Below, piece after piece: positions 52,731 to 61,437 of a DNA stretch of 64,000 bases (its first letter is position 1; every line of letters starts with the position of its first letter). The stretch lies in contig JANQNH010000008.1 of NCBI GenBank assembly GCA_028279655.1, positions 5,012 through 69,011 of the forward strand. The letters run 5' to 3'. The notes under the pieces are model-generated. The model worked only from the letters and a program-made list of their open reading frames with translations, did no database searches and was not told where the DNA came from. This DNA is from Candidatus Nanoarchaeia archaeon (lineage in GTDB: Archaea; Nanobdellota; Nanobdellia; Woesearchaeales; JACPBV01). Both the position numbers and the translations under genes were made by a program.

Positions 52731-54686
52731 ATGAAAAAGAGGTTGATATTTTTAGTTTTTCTTTTGGTTTTGCCTAATGTTCTTGGTGAGGAGTGGATCT
52801 TTAACAGCGAGCATGTGGAGATGGAGCTGGAAATCTCCAGTAATGTTGAGCTGGTGCCGAAAAGCTCAAAGTATAGTGTTGATTATGTTATAGCAAACCT
52901 GTCTTTTATTCCCAGGGATGGATTTCAGGAAGAGGTGTTAAGTCTAGAAACAGAGCCATTTACTGAGGTTGAGAATGATGCTGTTATCTTTAGATGGGAT
53001 GAGCCAGAAGAGAAGAAGCTGGACTATAGCCTTAAAAGTGATATCAGGACATTCAACAAGATTGTCAGGATCAGGGACAAGGTGAGTTTCCCACTAAGGG
53101 ATGTACCTGAGGATGTTATGTATTATACAAGAGCCTCTGAGAGTATCGATTCAGATGACAAGGATGTTGTGAAGCTAGGTTCTGAGATAATCCAGGGAGA
53201 AGATGATCTTTATGCTGTTGTCTTTAAATTGGGAGAGTGGACAAAGGAGAATATAGACTATGACCTTAGTACTTTAACAGAGAGCGTATCCCAGAAGGCT
53301 TCTTGGGTATTGAGAAACAGAGAGGGTGTGTGTGATGAGTTGACTAATCTATTTATCGCTATGAACCGTGCCCTGGGGATCCCTGCTAAGTTTGTATCTG
53401 GTGTTGCTTATACCAATGCTGATGATTTTGAGGAGGGTTTTGGCCCTCATGGATGGGCTGAGGTCTATTTTCCTGATTATGGGTGGGTTCCTTTTGATGT
53501 TACCTATGGAGAGTTTGGTTTTGTTGATGCTGGACATATAAAGCTTAAGGAGAGCCTGGATGTAAGCCAGGCAAGCACCCAGTTCCAGTGGATGGGGGAG
53601 AATGTCGATATCAAGACCCGTCAGTTAGATATCAAGACAACTGTGAAGGACAAAGGAGGGAGTATTGGGAAGCTTATATCTGTTCGAGCCAGAGCTGTAA
53701 AAGGTAAGGTTGGTTTTGGAAGCTATAACCTTATTGAGGTTGATCTTGAGAACCTCAAGGACTACTACGTTGCTACAGAGCTAAGGTTGTCAAAGCCCAA
53801 GGAGATAGAGGTTATCGGAGAGGAGGAAAAGGTGATTTTACTGGAGCCTGGGGAGGAGAAGAAGATCAACTGGATAGTAAGAGTAAGTGATGATCTGGAA
53901 GGGGGTTTTGTTTATACCTTCCCATTTGTAATTAATTCTGTAAGGAATGTATCTTCATACTTTAATTTTGATGTTGTTGAAGATGGGAAGGAGTTCAGCC
54001 TAGAGGGAATGGAAACTTTGGTCAAGGAAAATGAGGAAGAAAAGAGCTTTTTGGGAAGGGTTGATCTAAGATGCGGCTCGGATAAGGAAGGCATCTATGA
54101 GTATGAGAACGCTATGGTGGAGTGTAATGTCAAGAATATAGGGAACATCTATCTGGAGGAGTTGAATGTTTGTTTGGAATCTGACTGTAGGGAACTGGAA
54201 CTGGGGATTACACAGGAGGAAGAGGTAAGCTTTAACTTTAAGCCTGTTTCTGCGGGGAGGCAGGAGATAGTGGTGAAGGCCAGCAATCCTGATGTGAGCA
54301 AGAACAGTATTTTTGATATCACTGTATATGATGAACCTTCAATAGAGATCGATGAGATAACATATCCTGAGGAGGTAAGATATAAGGAGGTTTTTGAGCT
54401 GTCCTTTATCCTGGATAAGAGATCCAAGTTTGCACCCTCTGATGTTAATATCAGGATAGCGCCTGTTGGCAAGGAGTGGGAGCTCAACCAGCTCAATGAG
54501 AACAGGAAGTTTGTATTGAAGATGTATGGAAGTGAACTAAACGTAGGGGAGAATAATTTTCAGATCCTTATCAAGTATAAGGATAAAAGAGGAAAGGACT
54601 ATTCTGTCAGTGAGGAGTTTAGCATCAGTCTGGTCGATGTTGGATTTTTCCAGAGAATCATCATATTTTTCAAGAATCTGTTTTAG
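52731..54686 (+). CDS. Secreted transglutaminase-like domain protein
   Basis: Signal peptide; GVCDEL, RALGIPAKFVSG, HGWAEVY, WVPFD catalytic triad. Confidence 0.9.
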   Translation: MKKRLIFLVFLLVLPNVLGEEWIFNSEHVEMELEISSNVELVPKSSKYSVDYVIANLSFIPRDGFQEEVLSLETEPFTEVENDAVIFRWDEPEEKKLDYSLKSDIRTFNKIVRIRDKVSFPLRDVPEDVMYYTRASESIDSDDKDVVKLGSEIIQGEDDLYAVVFKLGEWTKENIDYDLSTLTESVSQKASWVLRNREGVCDELTNLFIAMNRALGIPAKFVSGVAYTNADDFEEGFGPHGWAEVYFPDYGWVPFDVTYGEFGFVDAGHIKLKESLDVSQASTQFQWMGENVDIKTRQLDIKTTVKDKGGSIGKLISVRARAVKGKVGFGSYNLIEVDLENLKDYYVATELRLSKPKEIEVIGEEEKVILLEPGEEKKINWIVRVSDDLEGGFVYTFPFVINSVRNVSSYFNFDVVEDGKEFSLEGMETLVKENEEEKSFLGRVDLRCGSDKEGIYEYENAMVECNVKNIGNIYLEELNVCLESDCRELELGITQEEEVSFNFKPVSAGRQEIVVKASNPDVSKNSIFDITVYDEPSIEIDEITYPEEVRYKEVFELSFILDKRSKFAPSDVNIRIAPVGKEWELNQLNENRKFVLKMYGSELNVGENNFQILIKYKDKRGKDYSVSEEFSISLVDVGFFQRIIIFFKNLF

Positions 54687-54693
54687 GTGTTGA

Positions 54694-55548
54694 ATGAATA
54701 AACTTGCGAAAAAAGCAACTATCCTGGGGATAGTTGGGAATATTGTACTTTTTTTGTTGAAGACCATAGTTGGTATTGCGTATGGCAGCATAGCTGTCAT
54801 ATCGGATGCTATCAATTCTTTTACAGATATAATTGCATCAATTATCGTTTTTATCAGCGTCAAGGTATCTTCAAAAATGGCTGACGATGGGCATCCTTTC
54901 GGACATCACAGGGCTGAGCCTATTGCTGGACTGATAGTTGCTATATTTACAGGGATATTGGGGTTTGAGGTAATAATCATTGCTTTCAATAAGCTACTAA
55001 TTGGAGATGGTTTTGTCAGAGGTATTGCCCCTATTATTGTCATGGGGTTTACTCTTGTGGTAAAGTTTGGCATGTATATCTATTGTGTTAAGGTCGGGAG
55101 AGAAGTTAAGAGTACTGCAATAATGGCTAGTGCTAAAGACCATAGGAATGATGTGTTGATATCTTTGGCTGCTCTGCTCGGTGTTTCCGGAGCCTATGTG
55201 GGATATGGTTTTCTGGATCCTTTGGTTGCCCTGTTGATAGGGGGGTGGGTAATATATTCTGGGTATGAGATAGGTGTAGATAACATTAAGTTTCTGATGG
55301 GAGAGGCCCCTTCTCTGGAATTGATGGAAAAGATCAAGGATAATGCCTTGAAGTGTGGTGGGGTAAAGGGCATCAATGATGTAAGGGCACATTATGTAGG
55401 GGTGCTGTTACAGGTGGAGGTCCATATCGAAGTGGATAGGAAACTAACCATATATAGAGCGCATTCTATTGGAAAGAAGGTGCAGCATTGTATAGAGAAT
55501 ATGGAAGATGTTGACAGAGCCTTTGTGCATATAGATCCTGTTAGTTGA
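54694..55548 (+). CDS. Cation diffusion facilitator transporter (FieF-like)
   Basis: SDAINS..D, HPFGHHRAE, DHRND, VHIEV, VHIDP. Confidence 0.93.
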   Translation: MNKLAKKATILGIVGNIVLFLLKTIVGIAYGSIAVISDAINSFTDIIASIIVFISVKVSSKMADDGHPFGHHRAEPIAGLIVAIFTGILGFEVIIIAFNKLLIGDGFVRGIAPIIVMGFTLVVKFGMYIYCVKVGREVKSTAIMASAKDHRNDVLISLAALLGVSGAYVGYGFLDPLVALLIGGWVIYSGYEIGVDNIKFLMGEAPSLELMEKIKDNALKCGGVKGINDVRAHYVGVLLQVEVHIEVDRKLTIYRAHSIGKKVQHCIENMEDVDRAFVHIDPVS

Positions 55549-55590
55549 GTTCTTATTTAGTTCATAACAATATTGGATTATTATTCTTTG

Positions 55591-55701
55591 GAAAACCCAA
55601 TAATAATAATGGGCCGTCCGATTCTTCGCTTCGCTCAGAACCGGGTGGGGCACCCCGTAGGGGGCAACCCCCTCCCCACCGGCAATTATTGTTGGGTTTT
55701 C
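55591..55701. repeat. Palindromic intergenic element (family member)
   Basis: Terminal IR GAAAACCCAATAATAAT/ATTATTGTTGGGTTTTC; TTCT-TCGCTTCGCTC-AGAA hairpin; 27-nt identity with 10655-10681. Confidence 0.88.
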
Positions 55702-55736
55702 TCTTTTTCTTATTTTTTCATAAAAAAACCAAAAGA

Positions 55737-55785
55737 TTTATATATAGTATACCTAATTATAGTTAAATATACCAAGGTATACCTT
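55737..55785 (+). promoter_or_regulatory. TATA box followed by four 10-bp-phased TATA(CC/GT) boxes
   Basis: TATACC 55748, TATAGT 55758, TATACC 55768, TATACC 55778 (last within palindrome AAGGTATACCTT). Confidence 0.65.
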
Positions 55786-55787
55786 AA

Positions 55788-56378
55788 ATGGAAGAAAAGT
55801 CGACAACTATACAGATTTCTAAGGATATAGTTAGTGAGCTGGCTAAGATTAAGGTGCATCGTAGGCAACCATACGATGAGGTTATTTCTAGACTTGTTGG
55901 GCTCTATGGAAAAGAGGATTTGGAGGTGAAAACCAGAACTTTAGAGGGAGAGGGCAGCACTATAAAACTTTCCAGACCGGTTGTAGGGAAGATAGCTGAG
56001 TTGAAAGTGCATCCCCGCCAGGCTTATGAGGAGGTGATTGCTGGCCTTGTTGAGCTGTATAAGAAAAGTAATCTTATCGAGGAGGAAAGAGAGATTTATT
56101 CTGAGAAGAGAAGTATCACTACAATAAAGATTTCTAGGAAAGTTGTTAGGATTTTGAGATCTCTGAAGGTTCATCCAAGGCAAGCCTACGATGAGATCAT
56201 CCTAAAGCTGCTTGAATCTGATATAAGAACTTTAGGAGATATTGAAGAGATCTATGGTGCTGGAGAGATAACTACAATCAAGCTTTCTAGAAATGTTGTT
56301 GCCAGGTTGAGAAGATTGAAGGATCGTCCCAGGCAAGGCTATGGGGAGGTTATCTTTAGGTTATTAAAGAATGGCTAG
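55788..56378 (+). CDS. Protein of four tandem RHH/antitoxin-like DNA-binding repeats
   Basis: Four copies of (S/T)TI(K/Q)(I/L)S..(I/V)V..(L/I)..(L/I)K.(H/R)(P/R)RQ.Y.E(V/I)I..L(L/V). Confidence 0.8.
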   Translation: MEEKSTTIQISKDIVSELAKIKVHRRQPYDEVISRLVGLYGKEDLEVKTRTLEGEGSTIKLSRPVVGKIAELKVHPRQAYEEVIAGLVELYKKSNLIEEEREIYSEKRSITTIKISRKVVRILRSLKVHPRQAYDEIILKLLESDIRTLGDIEEIYGAGEITTIKLSRNVVARLRRLKDRPRQGYGEVIFRLLKNG

Positions 56379-59300
56379 ACGAAATAGAAGAGGAAAGAGA
56401 AGGATCAAGGCAGAGCGAGATATGTTTGTAAAGAACTCTCTGTTTGTAATAATTGCTGTAGTGTTTGGATTGTTGCTTATGTATAACAGTTCAATGATAC
56501 CAACCGGATTTGCAACAATCTCTGGAGAGTTTGGTTATACTGATAATGTCTCGATCTGGATAAATGAGAGCCAAAGCTATGAATGGATATTGGATAATTT
56601 TGGTGATCTGAAGTCTTTAAGGTTGGATGGAAACTCCTCCAAGAACTTTGTCGGTAAGGTATATCTAGAGAGAGATAGGATCAGTTACATCATACTGGAT
56701 AGTTCAAGGTTCGGATCAGAAGGTATAGGGGTAGTTACTGGGATGGCTGTTTTGAATGAGAGTAATGTGAATTATAATGATGTAACAGAGTTTAATGAAA
56801 GTGAAGTTAATGCAGGTGAGACAAATATAACTGAGATTAATTTAACAGAGAATAATGCAACTTCTGTTAATGAGTCCGGCTATGGTGAAGATGTAGAGAA
56901 TGCATCAGAGATTTCTGATAATAGGTCTATAAGCATAGATATCTTTGGTGGAGGAAGAAAGAGTATGGAGGAGATGTTCAGGTTTAATATAAGCAGCTTA
57001 TTCAGCTGGGATATTGATTACACAAAGATATGTACCAAATGGGATGTTGGCGAATATTCGGTCTGTTATGGCAGTTCTGACTGTTGTGATCTTGTTGGGC
57101 TTGAGAGTTACGGGGAATGGAACGATACGTTCTATCTCAGCTATGGAAGATATGATGCTGGACTTAACAATAATGTTGAGGCTCAAGTGATATATGCTAA
57201 CTATTCTGTATCTGTTGATGACCCTTACTCAGATATCCTGTATTCTGAGGTTAAGAGTACAATGGCTGAATTCTATGAAGAGAGGATTGAGTTCAGTGAT
57301 GTCTGTATTGAGACCTGCTTATTGGGTGGTTGGAATGATTCATCATATTCACTAAGGATTGAAGTCTCTGAAGGGAATCTTGCGATCAACAGCATAAGGT
57401 ACAGTGTTGAGAAGACGATCAATCTTTCTGATACAAACATTACTGTTAGTGAGGAGTTGATCAAGCCTGATGTTGTCATAAATAAGCCTGTGAAGTGGAT
57501 CAAGAGAGTAGGAGTTTCTGAGCCTGTTGTGAATCTTACAATCAATATATCATCTGATGCTCTAAATGTAACGGTAAAGGATGTAAGAAAGGATAAGATC
57601 ATTGAGGATGAGAAGGTCAGGATCAATGAAAGCGGAGAGATCAAGAGTGTTGATGAGTATGAGGCAAGTAAGAAAGATAGCAAGGTTAAGAAGAAGGGTG
57701 TTAGATTACTAGCAGTAGGGAAGAAGGAAAAGGAGAAGAAAAAGGATATAGGTATTTTGATAGAAGAGGCTGTTGACTCTATAGAGGTTGAGTATTATAC
57801 CGAGGCACCTATCTCTAAGGAGACTGCAATTAAGAGAGGGAAGAGGGTAGTGGTAAGCTCTGATGTTCATTATGAGGATATATTGGCCTATACATACCTG
57901 GATGATGTTTCCAGGGAAGACATCAGGCTGTACTGGGTTGTCAATGACAGCAAGAGGATGATAGGATTTGATGGTTATGATCAAAATGAGGATGGACTGA
58001 TCGACTATATCGAATGGATAGTACCTTCATTGTCTAACCAGACCTACGAGGTTATTATAGAGATAACAAAAGCAGAGCATTTAGACTCCAATAGGGTACT
58101 TATTGAGGATATATATGATTATGTTAGCGTCAAAGACTATAACTGGAGCCCTATTGTGGAGAATAATGAGTATGTGAGGGTTACGTTTGAACAGGCACTT
58201 GACAGTTCAAGGGATATAACAATATATGCCCGCTCTTTCAGTTCTGCTTCCATAGAGGTATATACAGAAGATAGTGATGTTCTGATAAGCACATTTGAGA
58301 ATGTTGGACTTGAGGGATGGTATAAGATATATCTTACCTCTTTGAACGGCAGCCATGAGGTGTTTGATCTTAGGTCAATAGGGATAGTAGAGTATGACTA
58401 TATCGTAGATCCTATGGTTGGTGTCTCTGGCAATATCAGTCTTGTGGATCCTACCCCTTACAATGACAGTATCCAAGCTACAGATTATGTTGAGGTTAAC
58501 ATTAGCATTGTAGCTAACCTAAGTGAAGCCAAGTTTAACTGGAATGGGACCAATTACACATTATATAATGATTCCTTGGTACTTATGTATAACTTTGATA
58601 ATATTTCTGCTCTCGGTGAGGACTATAATAATACAGAGAACTATACTGTTTTTGATGCTTCGGTTTATGGGAACAATGGTACTGTAAGTGGCAATGGTAG
58701 CTCCATCACAGGTGCTTTGTGGAATGTATCTGGGAGATTTGGGGGGGGATTTGAGTTTGATGGTGTAGATGATTATATACATATACCTGCATCTGATGAC
58801 CTTTCATTTGGAACTGGTAATTTCAGCCTTGCAGCATGGGTAAAAACAGGTTCAAATTCAACCCAGTATGTGATTGACAGGTGGGATTATCCAAATGGGA
58901 AGGATTCTGAATATGCCATATTTGTGCAAGACGGTTATCCTAATTTCCTAATTAGGGAAACGTTGGATGAGGAGAATGACTATGCTCTTGCTGTTTCAAC
59001 TTTAAGGATAAATGATAGTGACTGGCACTATTTAGTTGGGGTTAGGAAGAATATCACAGTATATGTCTATGTGGATGGAATTGAAATGGGGAGTGCTGAC
59101 GCTTCATCTGTTGGTGCATTAGTAACTACAGGGCAGACTAATATTGGTGTACATGCTCATAGGATTTATTACTACAATTCTTTAAATTACTTCAATGGTT
59201 CTATTGATGAAGTTAGGGTATGGAACAGGTCATTATCCAAGGAAGAGGTGTATCAGCAGTACGTATCGAACCTGAATAGGTATTCTAATGATGTATGGTA

Positions 59301-61383
59301 TCTATATATCAACCAATCTTTGAATGGTAGCGATGGTTTATCAGATGGGGATTACACTTATTCTGGCTATGTGAGGGATAGTGCAGGGAATGAAAACAGC
59401 ACAGAGAACAGGAGGATAACTGTTGAGAGCATCTACCCATCGATTGAATTTACTGGACCCACTCCTGCAACAGGCACCAGCACTACAAATACATCTATTG
59501 AGGTCAATATAACTATAACGGAAAGTGATCTTGATGAAGTCAGGTTCAATTGGAACAAAACTAACTATACTCACTACAATGATTCTTTAGTGCTGTTCAT
59601 GAACTTTGATAATGTATCCAGTTTAGGTGAGGGCTACAATAACTCTTTATCGGCTAATGAGACGGTTGTTGACCTATCAAATGCTGGGAATAATGGGACT
59701 ACTGTCACAAATACAACAAATGATGGTCCTATCTGGAACAAAACAGGCGGCAGATATGGAGGGGCATTTGAGTTTGATGGTGTTGATGATTTTATTGATG
59801 CTGGTAACGACAAATCTCTACAGATTACAGGGGCTGTTACGCTGGGTGCTTGGGTAAAGATAAATTCCTCCTACACTGGAGGTATTGTATGCAAGCAGAG
59901 CAATGCTCAAGGAGGGTATGATCTTGGCTTTGGAAACCTTAATGTTGGAAAGCCAATATTGAATATCTATGTTTCAGGTGTATGGTATAGGGCTGAGGCA
60001 GATGATACATATAACGATGGGGAATGGCACCATATAGTGGGGGTTGCAAATGGTAGCACTGTGAGCATCTATGTTGATGGTGTTGGGAAGGAGGGAGATA
60101 CATATTCAGGAAGCATAGCTGACAATACCGGCTCTTTAACTATCGGCACCAGGATAAATGACGGCACAAATCCATTCAATGGCACAATCGATAATGTTAT
60201 GGTATGGAATACCTCTTTGTCTTCTGAAGAGATATATCAGTTGTATATATCTAATCTACGTAAGTATGATGTAGATAAATGGAATCTTTACCTGAATCAG
60301 TCTTTAAATGCTACTGACGGTCTTGTTGATGGAAGTTATGGGTATTCTGGCTATGCTAAGGATAATGCAGGTAATGAGAATAGTACTGAACTAAGAAGCG
60401 TAACTGTGGATAGGGTAGGGCCGTCTACTAATTTCACTGGACTCACTCCTGCCAATGGAAGCTCTCAGACTGAGGGTCATGTAAGGATAAATGTATCCAT
60501 AGATGAATCCTCTCTAGGAGAGGTTAAGTTCAACTGGAACGGAACTAACTATACTTACTATAACAATAGCTGTGTGTTGATCTTTAATTTTGACAATGTC
60601 AGTTCATTGGGGGAGCAGACTTCTGGTCCAGGGAACAAAACAGTAGATGTATCTGGATATGGAAATAACGGCACTATCTATGGTCCTTTTTGGAACAATA
60701 CTGGAAGGTATGGGGGCGCATTTGAGTTTGACGGTATTGACGATTATATCAATGTCAGCGATAGTGATGAGCTGGATGCTAATAGATTAAGCATAGAGTT
60801 CTGGTTCAAGCCTGCTTCAACGTATAACGCAAGCACCAGTTATGTCAGCTTTGTATATCATGATAATTATGAGATCGCCATCAGGGATGGCAATATGGTG
60901 TTCCAGTATGGAGAGAATAACCTAAGTTCAGTGATTGACAGCTGGAACAAGGGGCAGTGGTATCATGTGCTGGCTACATATGATGGTACGACACAGATGT
61001 TGTATCTGACAGGGGCGGATGAGGCAAGCGCTCTTGTATCTGCTCCATTTGTAGTGATGAACAGCAATAGTGAAAGGACTGCATCGTTCTTTGATTCTGG
61101 AGACATAATACTTATGGGCTCTGTTAGTTCTGGAAGCTGTGAGCATCCAGGGGATGATGCATTCATTGTTCAAGATATCACAGGAGATACAGTCGCCTAT
61201 GTTAACAGTACAGGTGATATGTGCACAGAGGATTCTGATACCGTGTACAGTCATGCTAGTTGCGATAATCCTGGTGATGGTTCGTTTATTGTAAAGGACA
61301 GCAGCGATTCAATCGTTTCATACATCAATGCAACCGGAGATCTATGCTTGAGAGGTACTTTAACTGAAAATGGAAATCCATAG
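56371..61383 (+). CDS. Giant surface glycoprotein with three LamG-like jelly-roll repeats
   Basis: N-terminal TM + TGFA motif; three repeats NFDN(I/V)S.LGE...GNNGT...GR(F/Y)GG.FEFDG.DD...W.H; many sequons. Confidence 0.9.
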   Translation: MARRNRRGKRRIKAERDMFVKNSLFVIIAVVFGLLLMYNSSMIPTGFATISGEFGYTDNVSIWINESQSYEWILDNFGDLKSLRLDGNSSKNFVGKVYLERDRISYIILDSSRFGSEGIGVVTGMAVLNESNVNYNDVTEFNESEVNAGETNITEINLTENNATSVNESGYGEDVENASEISDNRSISIDIFGGGRKSMEEMFRFNISSLFSWDIDYTKICTKWDVGEYSVCYGSSDCCDLVGLESYGEWNDTFYLSYGRYDAGLNNNVEAQVIYANYSVSVDDPYSDILYSEVKSTMAEFYEERIEFSDVCIETCLLGGWNDSSYSLRIEVSEGNLAINSIRYSVEKTINLSDTNITVSEELIKPDVVINKPVKWIKRVGVSEPVVNLTINISSDALNVTVKDVRKDKIIEDEKVRINESGEIKSVDEYEASKKDSKVKKKGVRLLAVGKKEKEKKKDIGILIEEAVDSIEVEYYTEAPISKETAIKRGKRVVVSSDVHYEDILAYTYLDDVSREDIRLYWVVNDSKRMIGFDGYDQNEDGLIDYIEWIVPSLSNQTYEVIIEITKAEHLDSNRVLIEDIYDYVSVKDYNWSPIVENNEYVRVTFEQALDSSRDITIYARSFSSASIEVYTEDSDVLISTFENVGLEGWYKIYLTSLNGSHEVFDLRSIGIVEYDYIVDPMVGVSGNISLVDPTPYNDSIQATDYVEVNISIVANLSEAKFNWNGTNYTLYNDSLVLMYNFDNISALGEDYNNTENYTVFDASVYGNNGTVSGNGSSITGALWNVSGRFGGGFEFDGVDDYIHIPASDDLSFGTGNFSLAAWVKTGSNSTQYVIDRWDYPNGKDSEYAIFVQDGYPNFLIRETLDEENDYALAVSTLRINDSDWHYLVGVRKNITVYVYVDGIEMGSADASSVGALVTTGQTNIGVHAHRIYYYNSLNYFNGSIDEVRVWNRSLSKEEVYQQYVSNLNRYSNDVWYLYINQSLNGSDGLSDGDYTYSGYVRDSAGNENSTENRRITVESIYPSIEFTGPTPATGTSTTNTSIEVNITITESDLDEVRFNWNKTNYTHYNDSLVLFMNFDNVSSLGEGYNNSLSANETVVDLSNAGNNGTTVTNTTNDGPIWNKTGGRYGGAFEFDGVDDFIDAGNDKSLQITGAVTLGAWVKINSSYTGGIVCKQSNAQGGYDLGFGNLNVGKPILNIYVSGVWYRAEADDTYNDGEWHHIVGVANGSTVSIYVDGVGKEGDTYSGSIADNTGSLTIGTRINDGTNPFNGTIDNVMVWNTSLSSEEIYQLYISNLRKYDVDKWNLYLNQSLNATDGLVDGSYGYSGYAKDNAGNENSTELRSVTVDRVGPSTNFTGLTPANGSSQTEGHVRINVSIDESSLGEVKFNWNGTNYTYYNNSCVLIFNFDNVSSLGEQTSGPGNKTVDVSGYGNNGTIYGPFWNNTGRYGGAFEFDGIDDYINVSDSDELDANRLSIEFWFKPASTYNASTSYVSFVYHDNYEIAIRDGNMVFQYGENNLSSVIDSWNKGQWYHVLATYDGTTQMLYLTGADEASALVSAPFVVMNSNSERTASFFDSGDIILMGSVSSGSCEHPGDDAFIVQDITGDTVAYVNSTGDMCTEDSDTVYSHASCDNPGDGSFIVKDSSDSIVSYINATGDLCLRGTLTENGNP

Positions 61384-61437
61384 ATGTGGGAATCAAATAT
61401 CCCTAACAAACGAAAAGCAGGTTTTTGAGGTGAAAAA

